Assembly: GCF_000091665.1 (NCBI RefSeq)
Contig: NC_000909.1
Coordinates: forward strand, 790,712 to 822,711
Direction: 5' to 3'
Length of the DNA: 32,000 nucleotides
Origin: Methanocaldococcus jannaschii DSM 2661
GTDB taxonomy: Archaea; AGJL01; Methanococci; Methanococcales; Methanocaldococcaceae
The position numbers and the translations under genes were made by a program. The notes under the pieces were generated by a model. It did not search any database. It was given only the letters and a program-made list of their open reading frames with translations, and was not told the origin of the DNA. Position 1 is the stretch's first letter. Every line of letters begins with the position of its first letter. Shown here piece after piece: positions 17,067 through 25,628 of the stretch.

Positions 17067-17660
17067 ATGCACTATTTCTCTGAAAAGCCAACAACTAAAT
17101 CAGATGTAAAAATTGTTGAAGACATTTTAAGAGGAAAAAAATTAAAATTTAAAACAGATAGTGGGGTTTTCTCTTATGGAAAGGTTGATAAAGGAACAAA
17201 AATTTTAGTTGAAAACGTAGTTGTTGATAAAGATGACGACATCTTGGATTTGGGCTGTGGTTATGGTGTTATTGGCATTGCCTTAGCTGATGAAGTTAAA
17301 TCAACTACAATGGCTGACATAAACAGGAGGGCAATAAAATTAGCCAAAGAGAATATAAAACTAAATAATTTAGATAATTATGATATTAGGGTAGTTCATA
17401 GCGATTTATATGAAAATGTTAAAGACAGAAAGTATAATAAGATTATAACAAATCCACCAATAAGAGCTGGAAAGGAAGTTTTACATAGAATTATTGAGGA
17501 AGGTAAAGAACTTTTAAAAGATAATGGCGAGATTTGGGTAGTTATTCAAACAAAGCAAGGGGCTAAGTCATTAGCTAAATATATGAAAGATGTCTTTGGA
17601 AATGTTGAGACAGTTACAATAAAAGGAGGTTATAGGGTCTTAAAAAGTAAGAAATTATAA
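17067..17660 (+). CDS. Class I SAM-dependent methyltransferase (RsmC/RsmD-like N-methyltransferase family)
   Basis: Motif I is ILDLGCGYGVIG and motif IV is ITNPPI. The SD (GGTGAT) lies at 17058-17063. Confidence 0.8.
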   Translation: MHYFSEKPTTKSDVKIVEDILRGKKLKFKTDSGVFSYGKVDKGTKILVENVVVDKDDDILDLGCGYGVIGIALADEVKSTTMADINRRAIKLAKENIKLNNLDNYDIRVVHSDLYENVKDRKYNKIITNPPIRAGKEVLHRIIEEGKELLKDNGEIWVVIQTKQGAKSLAKYMKDVFGNVETVTIKGGYRVLKSKKL

Positions 17661-17684
17661 AAATTATAATAATTTGGTGATTCT

Positions 17685-18695
17685 ATGCCGTTATGCCTAA
17701 AAATAAACAAAAAACATGGTGAGCAAACAAGAAGAATATTGATAGAGAATAACTTATTAAACAAGGATTATAAAATAACTTCTGAGGGAAATTATCTCTA
17801 TTTACCAATAAAAGATGTTGATGAAGATATTTTAAAAAGTATTTTAAATATTGAGTTTGAGTTAGTTGATAAAGAGCTTGAAGAGAAAAAAATAATTAAA
17901 AAACCAAGTTTTAGAGAAATAATATCAAAAAAATATAGAAAGGAAATTGATGAGGGCTTAATATCCCTCTCTTATGATGTAGTTGGTGATTTGGTAATTT
18001 TGCAGATTTCAGATGAGGTTGATGAAAAAATAAGAAAGGAGATTGGGGAATTGGCTTACAAACTAATCCCATGCAAAGGGGTTTTTAGAAGAAAGAGTGA
18101 GGTTAAAGGAGAGTTTAGAGTTAGGGAGTTAGAGCATTTAGCAGGAGAGAATAGAACTCTAACAATCCATAAAGAGAATGGTTATCGTTTGTGGGTTGAT
18201 ATAGCGAAGGTTTATTTCTCTCCAAGATTGGGAGGGGAGAGAGCAAGGATTATGAAAAAGGTCTCTTTGAATGATGTGGTTGTTGATATGTTTGCTGGAG
18301 TGGGGCCTTTCTCAATAGCTTGCAAAAATGCCAAAAAAATCTATGCCATAGATATAAATCCACATGCAATAGAGCTTTTAAAAAAGAATATAAAGTTAAA
18401 TAAATTAGAACATAAGATAATTCCTATATTGAGTGATGTTAGAGAGGTTGATGTTAAAGGGAATAGGGTTATAATGAATTTGCCAAAATTTGCTCATAAA
18501 TTTATAGATAAGGCATTGGATATTGTAGAAGAGGGAGGAGTTATACACTATTACACAATTGGAAAGGACTTTGATAAAGCAATAAAATTGTTTGAGAAGA
18601 AATGTGATTGTGAGGTTTTGGAAAAAAGAATAGTTAAGAGTTATGCCCCAAGAGAATATATATTAGCTTTGGACTTTAAAATTAATAAAAAATAA
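17685..18695 (+). CDS. trm5: tRNA (guanine37-N1)-methyltransferase Trm5
   Basis: The SAM motif is VVDMFAGVGPFS and the catalytic-loop motif is MNLPKFA. The N-terminal D1/D2 region is typical of archaeal Trm5. Confidence 0.85.
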   Translation: MPLCLKINKKHGEQTRRILIENNLLNKDYKITSEGNYLYLPIKDVDEDILKSILNIEFELVDKELEEKKIIKKPSFREIISKKYRKEIDEGLISLSYDVVGDLVILQISDEVDEKIRKEIGELAYKLIPCKGVFRRKSEVKGEFRVRELEHLAGENRTLTIHKENGYRLWVDIAKVYFSPRLGGERARIMKKVSLNDVVVDMFAGVGPFSIACKNAKKIYAIDINPHAIELLKKNIKLNKLEHKIIPILSDVREVDVKGNRVIMNLPKFAHKFIDKALDIVEEGGVIHYYTIGKDFDKAIKLFEKKCDCEVLEKRIVKSYAPREYILALDFKINKK

Positions 18696-18728
18696 TAATA
18701 CTAATTGTCTTAATAATAAGGTGGTTCC

Positions 18729-19075
18729 ATGGCTATTGCCTATGCTAAATTATATGAGTTGATATATAAAAATGTTAAGAATGAAAAAAGGCGGAAGAGT
18801 TGTATAAAATAGTTGAAGAATTTATAAAAGAAAATGAACAGAAGATTGAAAATAAATTTAAGAATGAGAAGATTATTATTAAAAATGAATTAAAGGATGA
18901 ACTAAAAAAAGAATTGGCTACAAAGGAGGATGTTTTATTGGTTGAAGAGAGATTAAAAGGGGAAATTAGAGCTACAAAAGAAGAAATATTAAGAGGTGTT
19001 GATAATAAATTCAACCAAATAAAAATATTGATAATTATTGTTTTATTTGCAATACAAATAACAAATCAAACGTAG
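18729..19075 (+). pseudogene. Small coiled-coil protein with a C-terminal TM anchor, apparently frameshifted in an A6 run
   Basis: A strong SD (AAGGTGG, 18718-18724) precedes ATG 18729, which encodes MAIAYAKLYELIYKNVKNEK... and stops at 18813. The -1 frame is open from 18785 (KKAEELYKIVEEFIKE...) and runs to 19075. One extra A in 18784-18789 would fuse the two frames. Confidence 0.5.
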
Positions 19076-19132
19076 TTGAGTTAATAAAACTATTATTTGG
19101 ATTAAAATAATTAGCTATAAAAGGGATAATCT

Positions 19133-20683
19133 ATGTTAAGTTGGGTAGAGAAGTATAGGCCAAAATCATTGAAAGATGTTGCTGGGCATGAAAAGGTTAA
19201 AGAGAAACTAAAAACATGGATTGAAAGTTATTTAAAAGGGGAAACTCCAAAACCGATTTTGCTTGTAGGCCCTCCGGGATGTGGAAAAACAACATTGGCT
19301 TATGCATTAGCAAACGATTACGGATTTGAGGTTATTGAACTCAATGCAAGTGATAAAAGAAATTCTTCTGCAATAAAAAAGGTTGTAGGGCATGCTGCTA
19401 CTTCCTCATCCATCTTTGGAAAAAAATTTTTAATTGTATTAGATGAGGTTGATGGAATCTCTGGAAAGGAAGATGCTGGAGGGGTCTCTGAGCTTATAAA
19501 GGTTATAAAAAAGGCAAAGAACCCAATAATTTTAACTGCAAACGATGCTTACGCTCCATCAATAAGGAGTCTTCTACCTTATGTTGAGGTAATTCAATTA
19601 AATCCAGTGCATACAAACTCAGTCTATAAAGTTCTAAAAAAGATAGCTGAGAAAGAGGGGCTTGATGTGGATGATAAAACGCTAAAGATGATTGCTCAAC
19701 ATTCAGCTGGAGATTTGAGGAGTGCAATAAATGACTTAGAGGCTTTAGCTTTATCTGGAGATTTAAGTTATGAAGCAGCTCAAAAATTGCCAGATAGAAA
19801 GAGAGAGGCAAATATCTTCGATGCTTTAAGAGTTATTTTAAAAACTACTCACTATGGAATAGCTACAACTGCCTTAATGAATGTTGATGAAACGCCAGAC
19901 GTTGTAATTGAATGGATAGCTGAAAACGTTCCAAAAGAGTATGAAAAGCCAGAAGAAGTTGCAAGGGCTTTTGAATATTTATCAAAGGCAGATCGATATT
20001 TAGGTAGAGTGATGAGAAGACAAAACTATAGTTTTTGGAAGTATGCTACAACGTTAATGACTGCTGGTGTTGCTCTCTCAAAGGATGAGAAGTATAGGAA
20101 ATGGACACCTTACAGTTATCCTAAGATTTTTAGATTATTAACAAAAACAAAGGCAGAGAGGGAGATATTAAATAAAATATTAAAGAAAATTGGTGAAAAA
20201 ACCCATACATCCTCAAAGAGAGCAAGGTTTGATTTGCAGATGCTTAAACTCTTAGCTAAAGAAAATCCTTCTGTAGCTGCTGATTTAGTTGATTACTTTG
20301 AGATAAAGGAGGATGAGCTAAAAGTTTTAGTTGGAGATAAGTTAGCTTCTGAGATATTGAAGATATTAAAAGAAAAGAAAAAATTGGAAAGAAAGAAGAA
20401 AAAAGAGAAAGAGAAGTTAGAGAAAGAAAAGAAGAAAGAAGAAAAAGCTAAGGAAAAACAGTCAAATCTGATTATACAACCTAAAGAAATTAAAGAAGAG
20501 GTAAAAGCTGAAGTAGAGAAAAAAGAAGAAGTTAAAGAAAAGATAGTAGAAAAACCAAAAGCTGAAGAAGTAAAAGAAAAATCAAAAACAGAAGAAAAAG
20601 AAACTAAAAAAGATAAAAAGAAGGGAAAGAAAAAGAAAGAAGATAAAGGAAAGCAACTAACTTTAGATGCTTTCTTCAAATAA
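19133..20683 (+). CDS. rfcL: Replication factor C large subunit
   Basis: It has WVEKYRP, Walker A (GPPGCGKTT), Walker B (LDEVD) and sensor-like [15 protein letters not shown]-rich tail ends in the PIP box QLTLDAFF. Confidence 0.88.
20368..20650 (+). repeat. Purine-only low-complexity tract encoding the K/E-rich tail of RFC-L
   Basis: The plus strand is almost entirely A/G. It encodes the [30 protein letters not shown]... and EEVKEK-type reiterations. Confidence 0.8.
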
Positions 20684-20685
20684 AT

Positions 20686-23600
20686 TTATTTAAAAAACTT
20701 ATCTAATGTTAATTGAGCTCCTTCTTTCTTCAACTCATTTTTTGAAACTCCTACGGCTTCCATAATTCTCAAAACTGGAGGAAGAATCTGATTATCTATA
20801 TAGTAATTTACATCAATATCATCGATATCAACCTCTTCTGGAAGTTTTGCTCTCTCACTTATAGATTTTGTTCCTTTAACTATTATATAACCAATTATAT
20901 CCCCAACTTTTATCCTCTTTCCTTCTCTCATCAATTTTTTAGCTATCTCAACGTGTGGGGCTGTGGTTTTATACTCCTTAGGGTCTTTTGTTAGTTGAGT
21001 GTAAATAATTAAGTCCTCTTTTTTTATTTTCTTCTCTCTCAAATCTTTAATAACATCTTGGATTATCTTTTTAGCTTTCTCTATACTACCTTCAACCAAT
21101 AAAGCTTCTAAAACCCTCCTTTGTGTTATCTTTGCAATGTTAGACCAATCTCTTCTAACGAACTCCAACCCTTTAACTGTAACTCTTCCATTCTCATCGA
21201 TTAATGCATATCTCTTTTTGGTAACAAAGATACCTCTCTTAAAGTAGCCCTCAAACTCCAACTCCATAGTTCCAGGTAGTTTTGAGTTTATGTATTCAAC
21301 AAATTCCATAGCTTTCTTTATTAATTCCTCTTTGCTAATTTTTTCTTTCCAAATGGCATAAAATCCATCAGTGTCAATATATAAAACTTTAAATCCAAAC
21401 TTTTCTGCCTCTTTAACTGTCTCTAAGATATATTTTCTTCCTAAATAAGTTACAATTTCAGCACATTCTCTGCTGTAAAATCTCGCCCTTGGAAAAGCTA
21501 AATAGCCATAGACGCTGTTATGAGCGTAGATATTATTAACTAAAAAGTTTTCGTTATCTTCAACGCTTAAATCATAAACATAGCCGCTATATTCAAATGC
21601 TTCAATTTCTTTAACTTCATCAAGCATTAAATCTTTAACTGTTCCATACTTTGGATTTAAGGTTAATTTGTATCCTTTATTTTTAACTGGTGTGAATCTC
21701 GTTGGAATTCCTACTAAATTAAATAATATCATCAACTGGTTTAAATATTTCTCATCTTTAGCCATAAATGTTGAAGTTCCTTTGTGAGAGTTTTTCTTTG
21801 CCTTTAAAAATCCGTCTAAAAAGCTTTTTATAACACTTTCACTTGCTAAAAACAGCTCTTCAGGAATGTGTTTTTTGTCTTTATCCCCACATTTAAAGAT
21901 ATACTTTAGAACTAAATACACAATTTTGTTGTCCATTGTAACCTTATCTTTGACCATAGAACCTGCCCCAAACACTTCCTTAAATGTTTCAGCAATTTCT
22001 TTCTGATATTCTGGTAATGACTTATAGACAGAAATTTCATAAACTGTTTCTCCTTTTAATTTCTGTTTTTTCAACCTTCCCCTTGTTACAAAGAATCCTA
22101 AAAATTTAGCCAACTTTTCATCTAATTTTAAAAGGGCATTTATTTTTCCACTATATGCTCCTATCTCACAATCCTCAAACTCTTTATCGGGAATATTTGC
22201 TATATAATCCTTAATTTTTATGTATTGGATGTTACATCTGCCTTTTTTGAAATTACCGTGTTCTATAACCGTGTCGAAATATTTTTTGTATGCTTTGAAT
22301 TTTTCCTCATCTAATATCTTTATATCTACCTTGTTTATCTTTTTAATGATGTTATAGTCTATTAGCCCAAGTTCTTTTAAATACAAAATGCAATCATCAA
22401 AAATAACTTTTAATTTGTTGTTTTCTATATCCTCAAGTGTCTTTTTCAATTTAACGAAAAACGCTTTATCTTTATGTTTTGTGATTACAAGGTCTTTTAT
22501 TTCCTCTTCATCAGCATTAATTAATCTCTTTGGAATATTTATAACAACCTCTTTATCCACACAAGTAAGTTTCTTTGGGACAACTATCAAGTCACCAAAC
22601 CTTACATCATCTCCTTTAACCTCTACAATTTTCCCATTTTCATATTTAAATAAACTATGTCCTCTTGTTACCTTTATTGTTCTTCCTGACCTCAATTTTA
22701 TTTTATAAGCTTTCCCAAAATATGGATGTCTAATCAATGCCTTAACTTTTTTTATCTCACATTTTTTAGTTATTTTATCAAATGAGAATGTTTTTAAATT
22801 TTTAGTTTCCAATATTTCGCTGATGCCACTAAATTTAATTTTATCCTTATGTTTTCTCATTAAATCATCAATATACTCTCCAATTTTTACTACTTTTATA
22901 CCATCTTCCTCAATTATTGTTAAATATTCGTCTGGTAGAATGCTGTTAGCTAAAATCTTCAATGATTTCTGCTCATAATCTAAGAGGTTATATTCTTCAT
23001 TAATTTCTCCAATCTCAGCCATCTTTTTCATCCTCCTCTTAATATTTATCCTTCTTTCAATCAAATTTCTTAGGGTTTTTGGAATCAATCCTTCTTTCTT
23101 TTTACAGAACCAATGTCCCAATATTTTTTCACTAACATCTTTACAACACTCACAATCCAACGTATCTGGACTTATATTGTAGGATATGATTATTGATGGA
23201 TACAAAGAGTTATGGGTTAAAATTCCATTTGCAAAATAGTATGGTCTTCCTTCAAGGGTTAAATCATAAACTTCCCCTTTATAACTCTCCAAAGAAACAC
23301 AAACATCATCTAAATCATAGAATCCATAATCTCCAATTTTGTATAATGTTTTTTGTCTTATAATTTCATTAAGTAGATTGTTTTTTCTCCTACTGATAAA
23401 ACTAATTAAGATAGAAAACTTTATTAAATCTCCTTTTGAGAAAATCTCAATAACGTATCTTTTTAATTTTTTCCCTCTTTCTTCATAAGAATAGGTATAG
23501 AAACTGTATTTTATCCCTAATCTATCAAGAAGTGAGGCAATAAATTTAATTTTATCATAATTATTTGTTCCCTGATTTACAACTACTGCCCTTCTCACTG

Positions 23601-25590
23601 TATTTACATAACCATCTCCTTCAAAGAATCCCCTTAATATCGCATTTGGAAGATATTTTTCTTTATTTTTTAAGATTTCTTCAATCTTCAAATAAATATC
23701 TTTTTTAGCACAACCAAGTGTTATTGCCTTAGTTCCTTTTTTTCTTCTTACATATAGCTCATAATTAAACAGTTTTTTAAATATATATTTTATTTTTTCA
23801 ATAAAATCCTTTTCATCTTCATTGACAGTAATTTCAACTCTGTATTGATGAGAAATTCTTTTTTTGCCTCTTGAAGAGTCGAAGTATTCAATATCTCTCC
23901 TTAACAAATGCCCTTCTGCCAATAAAATACCAATAAGCTCACTTTTTAAGATAAAGTCCTCATCCATATCATTAATATATTTTTCGTAGTTTCCAATCGT
24001 TTCAAAGTCCTTACACAAAATTAGCTTCCCCTCTCCCTTGAATTTTGTTAATAATGATTTTGCATAAATATCTCTAACTAAATAATCATTTTTATTTATT
24101 TTTTTATGTTTAATTTTATATCTCAGTGGAATTTTATGGTTTGGAGTGCATTTTAATCCATTCACATTTATTAATTCGCCTTCATACTCATACTTCCAAA
24201 CCTTCTTTACTTTCTGCCAGCCATCTATTCCTAAAACGTAATTTCCCTCTTTAACGTCTTCAATATTAACTATACCTTTTCCTTTAACAACAACCTTTGT
24301 TCCTTTTGGATGACATCTGAAATCCATTGAAATGATGTCCTCAAACATCCCCTTTTCTGGTTCTTTAACATATCCCCCCTCATAGGTTGTTAATACCCTC
24401 CGTCTATACTCCTCTTCATCTGGTTTGTTTGGAACAATCATATTTTCTTTAAAAGCTCGCTTCATCAATAGATATTCAACCATCTGTCCAGAACTCATCC
24501 TTGTAATCTCAAAAGGTGTTTGATTAACAATCCTTGAGAACATCACTTCCAATGGGAAGAAGTATTTTCCAATTTTGTATGTGTATTTGGCATCTTGCAG
24601 GGAATATTCAATAAGAGTTTTATCATTATTTGCCCAATAATCTACAATCTTTGTATGTGGGATTTTTAGCTTTTCAATTCCAAATAAATTATAGACAACA
24701 TCTTCCAAAGTGTATTTTGTTAATTTTAGCAATCTTCTTGATATTGGATATAAATCAATATGCACCCTCCCTGGAATGTAGCTTCTATACTCCATACCTC
24801 CTCTTTTTATCTTTAGCTCCTCTCCATCCTTTCCTAAATTGATATCTATCCCATATATTTTAGCCCTTGCCTTTAAATAAGGAAAATCGAAGTTATCTCC
24901 GTTGTAGGTGTAGATGACATCATACTCCTTTAGAGTTTCAATAATTTTTTTGATTAGTTCTTTTTCATTTTTAACAACTTCTATATTTGGGTGATTAAAT
25001 TCTTTGTAAGTTATAACCTTTCCTCCGTTCTCATCCCAAAAGCTTGCCATTAAAATAGGGTCTCTCTCTGGGTTTGGCTCAGTATCTCTATTATAAACCT
25101 CCATATCAAAAGCTACTGATTTTAATTTAGGAATTTCTATGCTAACTGGCTTTTTATTTTCAAAATCCCAGTATGTCATTGGGATTATTTCATTATCTAT
25201 TAGGTATCTTTTAGCAAATGGAATATCATGTTCATAAATCTCTTTAACTATTTCACACTCTTTAATTTTCCTAAGTTTTGGAACTTTCTGTGGGTGAGTT
25301 GCTATGATTTTAATTACTTCCTTTTCCTTTCTAAGAATTATTTTTTTAACAACCTCAATATTTTCAACAAACTTTAATAAGTCATTTTTTAAAAGGAATT
25401 CCTTTATTTTCTCAATATCTTCATTTTCAACTTTCTCTTTATGTAGTTCAACGTAGAAATACGGTTTAAAATCTCTATCTTTTAGAATAGAGTTGATTAA
25501 ATAAAGATAAATAACTGCTTTATCCTCAATAGTTTTGTATGTGTTGTCTATTAGAGCATCAATTTTTATTTTTCCCATACTCATCCCCAA
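20686..25590 (-). CDS. polB: Family B DNA polymerase precursor containing two inteins
   Basis: The exo motifs are FDMEV and YNGDNFDFPYL. Motif A (DFR|SLYPSII) and motif B (KILAN|SVYGY) are each interrupted. Motif C is YIDTDG and the C-terminal PIP box is QLTLDKFF. The ORF caller starts at TTG 25590; ATGs lie at 25584 and 25578. Confidence 0.95.
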   Translation of the reverse strand: MGMSMGKIKIDALIDNTYKTIEDKAVIYLYLINSILKDRDFKPYFYVELHKEKVENEDIEKIKEFLLKNDLLKFVENIEVVKKIILRKEKEVIKIIATHPQKVPKLRKIKECEIVKEIYEHDIPFAKRYLIDNEIIPMTYWDFENKKPVSIEIPKLKSVAFDMEVYNRDTEPNPERDPILMASFWDENGGKVITYKEFNHPNIEVVKNEKELIKKIIETLKEYDVIYTYNGDNFDFPYLKARAKIYGIDINLGKDGEELKIKRGGMEYRSYIPGRVHIDLYPISRRLLKLTKYTLEDVVYNLFGIEKLKIPHTKIVDYWANNDKTLIEYSLQDAKYTYKIGKYFFPLEVMFSRIVNQTPFEITRMSSGQMVEYLLMKRAFKENMIVPNKPDEEEYRRRVLTTYEGGYVKEPEKGMFEDIISMDFRCHPKGTKVVVKGKGIVNIEDVKEGNYVLGIDGWQKVKKVWKYEYEGELINVNGLKCTPNHKIPLRYKIKHKKINKNDYLVRDIYAKSLLTKFKGEGKLILCKDFETIGNYEKYINDMDEDFILKSELIGILLAEGHLLRRDIEYFDSSRGKKRISHQYRVEITVNEDEKDFIEKIKYIFKKLFNYELYVRRKKGTKAITLGCAKKDIYLKIEEILKNKEKYLPNAILRGFFEGDGYVNTVRRAVVVNQGTNNYDKIKFIASLLDRLGIKYSFYTYSYEERGKKLKRYVIEIFSKGDLIKFSILISFISRRKNNLLNEIIRQKTLYKIGDYGFYDLDDVCVSLESYKGEVYDLTLEGRPYYFANGILTHNSLYPSIIISYNISPDTLDCECCKDVSEKILGHWFCKKKEGLIPKTLRNLIERRINIKRRMKKMAEIGEINEEYNLLDYEQKSLKILANSILPDEYLTIIEEDGIKVVKIGEYIDDLMRKHKDKIKFSGISEILETKNLKTFSFDKITKKCEIKKVKALIRHPYFGKAYKIKLRSGRTIKVTRGHSLFKYENGKIVEVKGDDVRFGDLIVVPKKLTCVDKEVVINIPKRLINADEEEIKDLVITKHKDKAFFVKLKKTLEDIENNKLKVIFDDCILYLKELGLIDYNIIKKINKVDIKILDEEKFKAYKKYFDTVIEHGNFKKGRCNIQYIKIKDYIANIPDKEFEDCEIGAYSGKINALLKLDEKLAKFLGFFVTRGRLKKQKLKGETVYEISVYKSLPEYQKEIAETFKEVFGAGSMVKDKVTMDNKIVYLVLKYIFKCGDKDKKHIPEELFLASESVIKSFLDGFLKAKKNSHKGTSTFMAKDEKYLNQLMILFNLVGIPTRFTPVKNKGYKLTLNPKYGTVKDLMLDEVKEIEAFEYSGYVYDLSVEDNENFLVNNIYAHNSVYGYLAFPRARFYSRECAEIVTYLGRKYILETVKEAEKFGFKVLYIDTDGFYAIWKEKISKEELIKKAMEFVEYINSKLPGTMELEFEGYFKRGIFVTKKRYALIDENGRVTVKGLEFVRRDWSNIAKITQRRVLEALLVEGSIEKAKKIIQDVIKDLREKKIKKEDLIIYTQLTKDPKEYKTTAPHVEIAKKLMREGKRIKVGDIIGYIIVKGTKSISERAKLPEEVDIDDIDVNYYIDNQILPPVLRIMEAVGVSKNELKKEGAQLTLDKFFK
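21517..22944 (-). mobile_element. Intein 2 (476 aa) in polymerase motif B, with degenerate LAGLIDADG blocks
   Basis: It starts at Ser (SILPDEYLTIIEEDG) after KILAN and ends ...NNIYAHN before SVYGYLAF. The endonuclease-like blocks LAKFLGFFVTRGRL and SFLDGFLKAKKN lack the usual acidic residues. Confidence 0.9.
23209..24315 (-). mobile_element. Intein 1 (369 aa) in polymerase motif A, with a LAGLIDADG homing-endonuclease domain
   Basis: It starts at Cys (CHPKGTKVVV) right after DFR and ends ...GILTHN right before SLYPSII. The LAGLIDADG blocks are LIGILLAEGHL and ILRGFFEGDGYV. Confidence 0.9.
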
Positions 25591-25628
25591 TAGTTAATTT
25601 TGGGGACAATAGTTTAAATAATTTATTT

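Noticed and set aside
18775-19014. A 79-aa minus-strand ORF opposite the small coiled-coil gene
   Set aside because: The Ser/Phe-rich translation is the mirror of a Lys/Glu-rich coding strand.
20293-20679. A 128-aa Phe/Ser-rich minus-strand ORF, plus 19503-19811
   Set aside because: These are antisense shadows of the RFC-L gene. The homopurine tail necessarily yields an open pyrimidine-rich antisense frame.
22388-22708. Plus-strand ORFs inside polB (22388-22708, 24630-24842), moeA (26962-27285, 27382-27600), cofC/MBL (27858-28238) and the membrane protein (29313-29657)
   Set aside because: These are antisense to strongly supported genes and have no motifs.
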